From Bacteriovoracia bacterium (lineage in GTDB: Bacteria; Bdellovibrionota; Bacteriovoracia; Bacteriovoracales; Bacteriovoracaceae), in contig JBKHVI010000050.1 of NCBI GenBank assembly GCA_046570105.1, positions 1 to 18,320 of the forward strand: a stretch of 18,320 bases of DNA, written 5' to 3'. A model generated the notes under the pieces. That model was not told the DNA's origin, made no database searches, and saw only the letters and a list, made by a program, of their open reading frames with translations. The position numbers and the translations under genes are program-made. Each line of letters starts with the position of its first letter. The stretch's first letter is position 1. Below, piece after piece: positions 1-7,680 of the stretch.

Positions 1-664
1 CGTAAGAGATGATTTTTTCTAGCTTCTCCAACTTAGTCTCCCAGAGGTCAGTTCCAAGGAAAACGCTTGTTGTACGGCCACCTAACGCAAAGATCACACT
101 CAACTCTTTGTTATCGCTAATGATAATTTCGGAGATTTTATGTCGGAGATTTGGATCCAACTTGGTCGCAAAGCGAGTAAAACTTATATGGATATCAGTC
201 TCAAGATCCTTCACGGGAATTGCCAGACTAGGAAGGTCGGAATTGAGGCGCTTCTCAGCCTTCATAATCATTTCATAGGAAGGATCGAAGAGCTTTCCAG
301 TACTTACCATTACAGCTGAGTAGTGTTCTTTGCCGTTATCACGATAAACTTGTACGCGCACCAGAGGCTCTGGACAATCAAAGTCCATCTTCACTGTTTG
401 CGAGATCGGATTGTAATTGATGCTATAGCGCGAGAGAAAATACTTCTCATCCCACTTCTCTGACAAAATCTTTTCTTTCACTGCCATTAGAGACTGAGTC
501 TTTTCAAACTCACGCATAATTAGAATCGCCAATTCACCCGAGCTCTTGTTCGGACATTCACCAAAACTTGTTCTGTATTTTAAATTGTTCTGCGTAAACT
601 GCTGCGGAACAGAAGCAAGGGTAGAGAGTGAAATCAAGACTGAGGCAAAAAGTATTGTCTTCAT
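1..664 (-). CDS. ftsQ: Divergent FtsQ/DivIB-like cell division protein, runs off the window edge (221 codons visible; missing from the ORF track)
   Basis: Manual translation from ATG at 664: MKTILFASVLISLSTLASVPQQFTQNNLKYRTSFGECP...LSRYSINYNPISQTVKMDFDCPEPLVRV...TSVFLGTDLWETKLEKLEKIISY, open to position 1. An in-frame TGA at 686-688 bounds it upstream. It lies 10 nt after murB, has a POTRA-like pattern, and its C-terminal VFLG...KLEKL resembles the FtsQ beta-domain motif. Confidence 0.7.
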   Translation of the reverse strand, partial: MKTILFASVLISLSTLASVPQQFTQNNLKYRTSFGECPNKSSGELAILIMREFEKTQSLMAVKEKILSEKWDEKYFLSRYSINYNPISQTVKMDFDCPEPLVRVQVYRDNGKEHYSAVMVSTGKLFDPSYEMIMKAEKRLNSDLPSLAIPVKDLETDIHISFTRFATKLDPNLRHKISEIIISDNKELSVIFALGGRTTSVFLGTDLWETKLEKLEKIISY

Positions 665-674
665 GCCTAAAAGG

Positions 675-1568
675 TTACACCGCTTTCACTTCCAATTCAA
701 ACTCTACGCCCCAATGAAGACGCATTTGTAAATTCACGAGCTCAGTTAGAGAATGAAAATCCTCAGAACTGGCACCGCCAATATTTTCCATAAAGTTAGC
801 ATGGCGATGGCTGACACGAAGTGCCCCTACGGCCAGGCCTTTGAGTCCAGTGAGATCTAATAATCTGCCAGCCTGGCGAGTTCGACTATAATTTTTAAAA
901 ACACAGCCGCAATTTTTCGTCGCCAAAGGCTGTGAATTTCTCCGGTATTCCAGATAGCTCTTAATCTTCGCAGGAATTGCTTGATCAATTCCAAGATGAA
1001 CTAAAGTTGCCGATATAATAATATCGCCAGGATTAACAAAATGATTTTTTCGATAGCTAAAGGAAGATTCATTCATTTCGATTTCTCGAATTTCACCCTT
1101 TCTATTCATCAGTCGAACTTTTCTAACAAGGGCGCCAATTTCTCCAAGGGCCGTACCAGCATTCATGTAAATGGCTCCACCCAAACTGGCAGGGATACCG
1201 GTGAGCGATTCCCAACCTTTGAGGCCAAATTTTGTAGCGTGCGAAGTTAAATGATTTAATCCGAGGGAAGCAGGTAAGTGGTAGCTCGATCTCGCTACTT
1301 CAAACTGAGTCGCATCCCATTTAAAATTAAGCTGAATCAGAAGATCTGTTTCCTTGGGAAGAAGAACTTGGTTGGCGCCCCATCCTATCATTCGCCATGA
1401 GCGATTATTTTCATTAAGAACTTTTACTATGGCAGATAGAGCCTCTTCGCTTTTTACAACGATCAGGTCACCATGAGATCGAAGTCTGAAAGTAGAGTAG
1501 TTCGTGAGATCGCTATCCCAAAACATCTCTATGTCTGAAATTTTTTCCAATGAGGCTTTTAAACTCAT
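675..1568 (-). CDS. murB: UDP-N-acetylenolpyruvoylglucosamine reductase MurB (type II, Cys at the proton-donor position)
   Basis: Motifs GWGAN, GIPASLGGAIYMNAG, FSYR, QP...CGCVFKN, HANF, LELEV; 297 aa; 4-nt overlap with murC. Confidence 0.96.
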   Translation of the reverse strand: MSLKASLEKISDIEMFWDSDLTNYSTFRLRSHGDLIVVKSEEALSAIVKVLNENNRSWRMIGWGANQVLLPKETDLLIQLNFKWDATQFEVARSSYHLPASLGLNHLTSHATKFGLKGWESLTGIPASLGGAIYMNAGTALGEIGALVRKVRLMNRKGEIREIEMNESSFSYRKNHFVNPGDIIISATLVHLGIDQAIPAKIKSYLEYRRNSQPLATKNCGCVFKNYSRTRQAGRLLDLTGLKGLAVGALRVSHRHANFMENIGGASSEDFHSLTELVNLQMRLHWGVEFELEVKAV

Positions 1569-2950
1569 AGTTCCTTAACGATAAGCTTAACTTTTTTACT
1601 GATTGATCCAGCGCCGAGAGTTAAGAAAACCATATCTTTACTCTGTCGTTCACGTATTAAACCACTCATTAGATCTAGGTTTGAAAGATAGTGAGTATTT
1701 GCTGTTTTTTCTTTAATTGCTGAAACCAATTTTTCCGCAGTAATACCAGGGATTGCTGATTCACTGGCAGCATAGATTGGGCCAACAAAAACTTCATTTG
1801 CATCACTAAAACATTCTACAAAGTCTTTCCAAAGTTGCTGTGTTCTTGAATAGCGGTGCGGCTCAAACACAACACAAATATGTTTCTTATAAACATTACG
1901 TAAAGTCGCAAGTGTTGCACGAATTTCAGTTGGATGATGACCATAGTCATCAATCACTTCAAATTGACCTTTTTGCCAAACTCTTTCAAGTCTTCTGCCG
2001 ACACCCTGAAACTTAGCTAAACCCTGAATGATTTGGGGAAAACTTAATCCAGACTCATGACTGATTGCAATCGCCGCCAAAGCATTCATAACATTGTGCT
2101 CACCAGAAACTTGAGTCGTTATTCTCCCAACTCGTGATCCCTTAGAGTATAAATCAAACTCCGTGTGACCAGGCAGATAGGCTATTTTATCGGCGGAATA
2201 ATCCAAACTCACTTTTTCATCAAGATTATGAGCGACCCCAAAAAGAACATATGGTCTTTTAAGATTCTCCATAATTTTTTTTGTACCTTGATCGTGAGCA
2301 TTGAGAGCGACTCGACCATAGAAAGGAAGGCGATTAACAAAATCAGTAAATGCTTTGCGAATATTTTCTTCAGTCTTATGATAATCCAAATGGTCATTGT
2401 CGATATTTGTAATGACCGCCATAATTGGATTGAGGTGTAAAAAAGAGCCATCGCTTTCATCAGCTTCAGCGATTAAAACTTCACCATCACCTTTGCGTGC
2501 ATGTCCACCAAGGTTACTAACTACCCCACCAATGATGTGAGTTGGATCTTTACCAGCATCATGGAAAATTGTTGCAACCATGCTTGTTGTTGTTGTTTTT
2601 CCATGTGAACCCGCGATGGCAATACCATATTTTAAGCGCATTAGCTCAGAAAGCATTTCAGCTCTACGAACAAGCGGAATTCTTTCTCTTTTAGCGAGTT
2701 TAATCTCGGGATTCTCATTATCAATTGCAGATGAATAAACGACCAATCCTGCATCAGCTAAATTCTCTTCTTTATGTCCAATTGAAATCACTGCCCCATG
2801 CTCACGAAGATTTTCAATAGCAGGGCCCGAGGCAATATCAGACCCACTTACAGGATAGCCCAGCGACAGCAGCACTTCGGCAATACCGCTCATGCCAATC
2901 CCACCTATCCCCACAAAATGAATCTTAATTTTCTTGGATAGTCCCAACAT
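1565..2950 (-). CDS. murC: UDP-N-acetylmuramate--L-alanine ligase
   Basis: HFVGIGGIGMSGIA, GSHGKTTT, EADESDGSF, TNIDNDHLD, HNVMNA, RRLE, DDYGHHPTE, PHRYSRT, GAG; SD GAGGAG upstream. Confidence 0.98.
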   Translation of the reverse strand: MLGLSKKIKIHFVGIGGIGMSGIAEVLLSLGYPVSGSDIASGPAIENLREHGAVISIGHKEENLADAGLVVYSSAIDNENPEIKLAKRERIPLVRRAEMLSELMRLKYGIAIAGSHGKTTTTSMVATIFHDAGKDPTHIIGGVVSNLGGHARKGDGEVLIAEADESDGSFLHLNPIMAVITNIDNDHLDYHKTEENIRKAFTDFVNRLPFYGRVALNAHDQGTKKIMENLKRPYVLFGVAHNLDEKVSLDYSADKIAYLPGHTEFDLYSKGSRVGRITTQVSGEHNVMNALAAIAISHESGLSFPQIIQGLAKFQGVGRRLERVWQKGQFEVIDDYGHHPTEIRATLATLRNVYKKHICVVFEPHRYSRTQQLWKDFVECFSDANEVFVGPIYAASESAIPGITAEKLVSAIKEKTANTHYLSNLDLMSGLIRERQSKDMVFLTLGAGSISKKVKLIVKEL

Positions 2951-3995
2951 ATCGAAAAATCTCCTCTAGCGCTTTATCACCTGAATCTACGGTTATAGAG
3001 AGAGATTGTGAAGTGCGCAGCGTTCCGTTTGAAGCACTTAATAGAAAGCCTTTTAAACTCTTGTATAACTCATCCTGTGAGGCTCTTGAGTCGACAACCT
3101 CAACATGATAATCGACCTCGTCGCGGTATTGGGTTGCGTTCCACCATTGGTGGTTATCCGTCGCTTGGGGAAATGGAATAAGGAAACAGGGCTTTTTAAC
3201 GATGCGTAGTTCGGCTACCGTACTGGCACCTGCGCGAGCAACTACTACATCGCACCATGCATATTGGTCTTGTATACTGTCGAGATACTTGAAGGCCTGA
3301 TAAGACACATTTTTACCAGTCACTAAAGTTGGATTATCATCTTTTCCCGTTTGATGAATAATCTCAAAGCGCTTCGGACTATCATCTTTAGCAAGGCGCT
3401 GAATAAGCTCATTAATTTGGGTTGCCCCAAGTGAGCCACCAAAGACTAAAATTCGAAGTATATCGTCTGGTATTCGTGCTTTTTGAAATGCGATTGAAGA
3501 CCTGGTTGGGTTTCCCACAATACGAACTCGCGAAGAAAGAGACGGTGGTAAATTTTTTGTCTCTTTAAAGTGTGTAAATATCAAATCACTCATTCGCGCT
3601 AACATACGATTAGTTAAACCTAGCACTGCATTCTGTTCGATGATAAAAACGGGAATTTTTTGAATCTTTGCTGCTAATAAAGTTGGCCCACAAACATATC
3701 CTCCTGCGCCCACAACGAACTGTGGTCTCTCTACTTTAAACCGCTTATATATGCTCAAAAATACAAGTGAGTTTCTAAAAAGTGCACTAATTAACTTAAT
3801 TGGATTTTTTGTTCTTAGGGGCCAACTCGCCAGATGATCGACATTTAAACCCTTGAACAATTTGTAATCTAAAGGGCGTTGACCTGTTAAATAACTTACT
3901 GAGAAGTTCTTTTTTTCTAGACGTTCACCAAGAGCAATGGCTGCATTTATGTGGCCGCCTGTACCACCTGCTACTAGAAAGACATGATTTTTCAT
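2925..3995 (-). CDS. murG: Lipid II N-acetylglucosaminyltransferase MurG
   Basis: GGTGGHI, GGYV, EQN, GNPTR, FGGSLGA, RAGASTVAE, HQxxNA. Confidence 0.97.
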   Translation of the reverse strand: MKNHVFLVAGGTGGHINAAIALGERLEKKNFSVSYLTGQRPLDYKLFKGLNVDHLASWPLRTKNPIKLISALFRNSLVFLSIYKRFKVERPQFVVGAGGYVCGPTLLAAKIQKIPVFIIEQNAVLGLTNRMLARMSDLIFTHFKETKNLPPSLSSRVRIVGNPTRSSIAFQKARIPDDILRILVFGGSLGATQINELIQRLAKDDSPKRFEIIHQTGKDDNPTLVTGKNVSYQAFKYLDSIQDQYAWCDVVVARAGASTVAELRIVKKPCFLIPFPQATDNHQWWNATQYRDEVDYHVEVVDSRASQDELYKSLKGFLLSASNGTLRTSQSLSITVDSGDKALEEIFRYVGTIQEN

Positions 3996-5131
3996 GCACG
4001 TGCCGTTCTAGCTTTTGTGATAGGTGCTTTTGATTCTTTACCATTCCATCTCATCGCAGAAAAAATCAGTCCAAGGGCAGCCAGATTGGCAACCATACTT
4101 GAACCACCGTAGCTAATAAAAGGTAGGTTCAAACCCTTCGTTGGAAGAATTCCAAGAACGACACCCATATTTAAAAATGCTTGAAAGCCAATACAAAAGA
4201 CAATTGAGCAAACCATCATTCCAGACAAACGAGATTTGAGAGCAAGAGCTAATCTAAATCCCAGGAATATGAAAGTTAGAAATAATAGGATTCCCGCAAT
4301 TACTCCTGCAAAACCTAACTCCTCACCAACAACACTAAAAATAAAGTCGTTATAGGCTTCAGGTAAATAGAATAGCTTCTCATTCGAATTACCAAGGCCT
4401 TGACCAGTGATCCCGCCATTCGCAAAAGCCAAAAAACTCTGGATTATTTGAAAGCCTGAATTTTTTGGATCTTTCCAAGGATCAAGGAAAACCAAAATTC
4501 TTTTCACTCGATATGGAGCTGCAAACAACAAGACTACCGCACCTATAAATCCTGAGATAGCGGCACTCCAGAACCACTTTCTGGGAAAGTGACTCAAGAA
4601 TGCAATAAAGGTAACAATCATTGCTGAAATCGCAAATGTTCCAAAGTCTGGTTGTTTTAAAAAAACCAACAACGGGATTGCAATACCTAGAGAATTTATC
4701 GCTCTTTGCTTAGGATTATACTGCTGAAAGTTTTCAAAATATTTAATGGCGACCAAAATAAGAGAATACTTTACGAATTCTCCTGGCTGTAAATTCATGA
4801 ATCCTAAATTTAACCAACGCTGTGAGCCCTTCATTGCAACACCGATGCCGGGAACTTGTGTCATCGTTAGAAGAGCAACAAAAGCTCCATTTACTTTGTA
4901 GGCGTGCTTATACCAAAAAGAGATTTTTGTTTTTGCTAAGATCCAGGCCGCTAAAAAGCCCAGCGCTACAAAGATGACTTGCTTCACCAGAAAGTGAGCA
5001 GGAGAACCAAACTGCTCACGAGCATACATGTAGCTGGAAGAGAACAGCATCACGACACCAAAAAAGATGATCATGACTGTTACGAGAAGAAAAAGTGTAC
5101 CTGTCTTTTCTAGTCTGCTATCGTTTTCCAT
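3992..5131 (-). CDS. ftsW: SEDS peptidoglycan glycosyltransferase FtsW (preferred start 5131; an in-frame ATG also at 5161)
   Basis: Multi-TM protein with RWL, QPGEFVK, QPDFG, YRVKR, GFQIIQS, GQGLGNS, YLPEAYNDFIF, PTKGLNLPFISYGGSS. TAAGGA lies 7 nt before the ATG at 5131; no SD precedes 5161. Confidence 0.95.
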   Translation of the reverse strand: MENDSRLEKTGTLFLLVTVMIIFFGVVMLFSSSYMYAREQFGSPAHFLVKQVIFVALGFLAAWILAKTKISFWYKHAYKVNGAFVALLTMTQVPGIGVAMKGSQRWLNLGFMNLQPGEFVKYSLILVAIKYFENFQQYNPKQRAINSLGIAIPLLVFLKQPDFGTFAISAMIVTFIAFLSHFPRKWFWSAAISGFIGAVVLLFAAPYRVKRILVFLDPWKDPKNSGFQIIQSFLAFANGGITGQGLGNSNEKLFYLPEAYNDFIFSVVGEELGFAGVIAGILLFLTFIFLGFRLALALKSRLSGMMVCSIVFCIGFQAFLNMGVVLGILPTKGLNLPFISYGGSSMVANLAALGLIFSAMRWNGKESKAPITKARTARA

Positions 5132-5161
5132 GGAAGCATCCTTATTTCCAGATGCTTCCAT
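5130..5161 (-). promoter_or_regulatory. Perfect 11-bp hairpin covering the ftsW SD-spacer and start codon
   Basis: Arms ATGGAAGCATC (5130-5140) and GATGCTTCCAT (5151-5161) with a 10-nt loop. The repeat is directly visible; a regulatory function is inferred. Confidence 0.65.
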
Positions 5162-5182
5162 TTTACGCTCGATTGATGCGGC

Positions 5183-6565
5183 TTACAATTGGAAGATAAG
5201 CTTTTTGTAGTAGTTGCCCTTTTCTTCGAAGTCACGGAAGACGTCAGTGCCATCATTCCCCGGGCAAAGAAGAATAGTGTCGCCCGTACGGCTCTTTTGA
5301 TAGGCCAAGAGTACGGATTCATCAAATGAACCAACAAGGAAAGTTTGAGTGGCTTCGCCAAGCACGCGGTTCATGCTTTCTTTGCATTCTCCAACCAAAA
5401 CTAGAATACGAGCCTTTTCATTCATCACGCCGAAATATTTATCAAAGGGGAAACCTTCGATTTCTTTACCACCTGCAATGAGGATGACTGGTTCCTTAAA
5501 TGCCTCAAGACTTGTCTTAAGTTCATCCATCGTTTCACTTTTAGAATCGTTGTAAAACTTCACACCATTCTTTTCGACAACGAATTCAAGGCGATGAGGA
5601 ATGCCGGGGAAATTTTCAATGCAATATTGGATTGATTCATCACTGCACTTTAACGCCTTACAAGCTGTGATGGCAGAAAGAATGTTTTCACGGCTATTCT
5701 GACCCACAATTCGCATTTGAGTAACTTTGAACTCAGAGTGGTAGTGGATGTTTGAATGAATACGCTTATCATGGAAGTGAGAACCCTGGATCTCGTTGAT
5801 AACGCCCATGCTGACAAAGCTCTTACGAGAATACCAGAAGGTCTGAGCTTGGCAGTTTCTCAGAATGCTATTACCGGCTAACTTATCAAAGTTCACAACA
5901 AGGTAACTTTCTGAATCTAATTCGCGAGCAACCTTGAGCGCTGTATCCAAGAATTCACCTGGTCCCTTGAAACGACCAGGTACTGCCTTCTCTTCGAGGT
6001 TTGGATAAACAGCGAGAATCGGCTTAAAGCCAGAAACAGTTTGCAATTGTAGGGGAGAAACTTCCACAACAACATAATCAACTTCGTCACGATTGGGCAT
6101 CATCAGATAATTGATAAAAGGTTCTTCGCTAGTTCCACCAACAAAGACGTTCTTTTTATCAACACGCAAAGTGTATCCAATCATGTGGGCAATTGTGGTA
6201 CGCCCATAGCTACCACAAACTGCAACGACTGGCTTTTTGCAATTGGCATATGCAAATGCAAAGTCACTGAAAACTTCTTTGCCTTGTTCGCGAGCCGCCT
6301 TCAATTGAGGCATATTTGGATCTACGGAAGATGAGTACACCACGATATCAGCATCAGTGAAATCTTCTTCACGGTGCTCACCTAACGTCATCGTTGGATT
6401 AGGATTTATCTTTTTTAGACGTTTGACTTGTTTGTTCAAATCAAAAATGGGCTTTATATCGGTGACTTTAATTTCAGCACCAAGTTGATTAAAGAGATTA
6501 ATGAGCGCAAAACCAGTTTTGCCCAAACCAACAATCAGAACTTTTTTACCTTTGTACTTTTCCAT
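5183..6565 (-). CDS. murD: MurD-like protein with degenerate active site (probable pseudo-ligase) in the murD position
   Basis: MurD fold markers GLGKTG, TD, PHRLE, FYNDSK, LIAGG, LLCP...D.F..FEEKG and position between mraY and ftsW. The P-loop reads CGSYGRTT and DHLDRY is absent. SD GGAG upstream. Confidence 0.85.
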   Translation of the reverse strand: MEKYKGKKVLIVGLGKTGFALINLFNQLGAEIKVTDIKPIFDLNKQVKRLKKINPNPTMTLGEHREEDFTDADIVVYSSSVDPNMPQLKAAREQGKEVFSDFAFAYANCKKPVVAVCGSYGRTTIAHMIGYTLRVDKKNVFVGGTSEEPFINYLMMPNRDEVDYVVVEVSPLQLQTVSGFKPILAVYPNLEEKAVPGRFKGPGEFLDTALKVARELDSESYLVVNFDKLAGNSILRNCQAQTFWYSRKSFVSMGVINEIQGSHFHDKRIHSNIHYHSEFKVTQMRIVGQNSRENILSAITACKALKCSDESIQYCIENFPGIPHRLEFVVEKNGVKFYNDSKSETMDELKTSLEAFKEPVILIAGGKEIEGFPFDKYFGVMNEKARILVLVGECKESMNRVLGEATQTFLVGSFDESVLLAYQKSRTGDTILLCPGNDGTDVFRDFEEKGNYYKKLIFQL

Positions 6566-6578
6566 ATCTTTCTCCGAA

Positions 6579-7655
6579 TCAACGTAGTTTGAGTGATGCT
6601 AAAGCTAGAATTGCCAGAACAAGACTAATGATCCAAAAACGAACAATAACCTTAGTCTCTGGCCAGCCCGACAATTCAAAATGATGGTGAATTGGTGCCA
6701 TCTTAAAAATTCTTTTTTTCGTTGTTTTGTATGAAGCGACTTGCAAAATAACTGAGATCGCTTCAATAACAAAAATTCCGCCGATTATAACAAAAAGTAT
6801 TTCGTTTTTTGTTAAAACGGCCATCGTACCAAGCACTCCACCAAGAGAAAGAGAGCCCACATCACCCATAAAAATTTCTGCAGGGTATGAGTTATACCAA
6901 AGAAAGCCTGCTCCCGCGCCAACGAGTGCACCTGCTAATACTAATACCTCTCCGACATCTGGGATGTAGGGAATAAGAAGATATTGAGCAAGCTCACTGT
7001 GGCCTGCTACATATCCCAGCACTCCAAGAGTTGAAGCAGATATAATCACAGGGCCAATTGCTAGACCGTCAAGCCCATCAGTTAAATTAACCGCATTACT
7101 TGTACCGACGATTACAAGAGAAGCAAATGGCACATACCACCAACCCAAATCAATCACTGCATCTTTTAAAAATGGTAAGTAAAACTGAGTATCAGTCACA
7201 TTCCATTTCACCATGGCAAAAGAAGCCAAGCCCGCAGTGACAAACTGCCAGAGGAGTTTTTGACGAGCGGAAACACCTTTAGAGTTTTTCAAAAGTACTT
7301 TTAAATAATCGTCTAACCAACCCAGAGCAAAGTAACTAAGCATGACAAATAGAGTGATGCAGAAAGGAACGCTAAGAAAATTTCCCGTGATCGCACAAGC
7401 AACAAGGGTCGATCCAATAATGAAAACTCCACCGAAAGTTGGTGTGCCTTTTTTCTTTTTATGTGATTCAGGTCCATCCTCGCGAATACTTTGACCGAAT
7501 TGGCGCAATTTCATAAGCGCAATAAAACGCTTGCCCCAAATCACAGAGACAATAATTCCGATCAAAAATGCGATGAAGGAGCGAACCGTAATATAACGAA
7601 ATAAATTCAAAATATGGTAGTTCTGACTTAATGGGTAAAGCCAGTGAAAAAGCAT
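6579..7655 (-). CDS. mraY: Phospho-N-acetylmuramoyl-pentapeptide transferase
   Basis: KKGTPTFGG, LDDY, NAVNLTDGLDGL, FMGDVGSL, MAPIHHHFEL; polytopic hydrophobic pattern. Confidence 0.98.
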   Translation of the reverse strand: MLFHWLYPLSQNYHILNLFRYITVRSFIAFLIGIIVSVIWGKRFIALMKLRQFGQSIREDGPESHKKKKGTPTFGGVFIIGSTLVACAITGNFLSVPFCITLFVMLSYFALGWLDDYLKVLLKNSKGVSARQKLLWQFVTAGLASFAMVKWNVTDTQFYLPFLKDAVIDLGWWYVPFASLVIVGTSNAVNLTDGLDGLAIGPVIISASTLGVLGYVAGHSELAQYLLIPYIPDVGEVLVLAGALVGAGAGFLWYNSYPAEIFMGDVGSLSLGGVLGTMAVLTKNEILFVIIGGIFVIEAISVILQVASYKTTKKRIFKMAPIHHHFELSGWPETKVIVRFWIISLVLAILALASLKLR

Positions 7656-7680
7656 AGTTACGCCTTGAATGAGGGTAACC
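7656..7680 (-). promoter_or_regulatory. Bulged hairpin filling the murF-mraY gap and pairing the mraY SD
   Basis: mRNA GGUUAC-CCU-CAUUCA-AGG-C-GUAACU-AUG: GUUAC/GUAAC plus CCU/AGG stems. Confidence 0.45.

Noticed and set aside
665..674. Mini-hairpin CCU-UUU-AGG at the ftsQ SD
   Set aside because: A 3-bp stem with a 3-nt loop is too weak to support.
2275..2282. A8 run in murC as a slippage site
   Set aside because: Mid-domain Lys-Lys codons in an essential enzyme, with no precedent and no useful truncated product.
5132..5161. N-terminal extension MEASGNKDAS of FtsW
   Set aside because: It coincides with the hairpin, the ATG at 5161 has no SD, and the ATG at 5131 has a well-spaced TAAGGA.
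5130..5165. The murD-ftsW hairpin as an intrinsic terminator
   Set aside because: No U-tract follows on the coding strand (GGAAAAC); only four T follow on the antisense side.
5183..6565. murD as a pseudogene
   Set aside because: No frameshift or stop, full length, good SD, and structural motifs preserved while functional residues are selectively changed.
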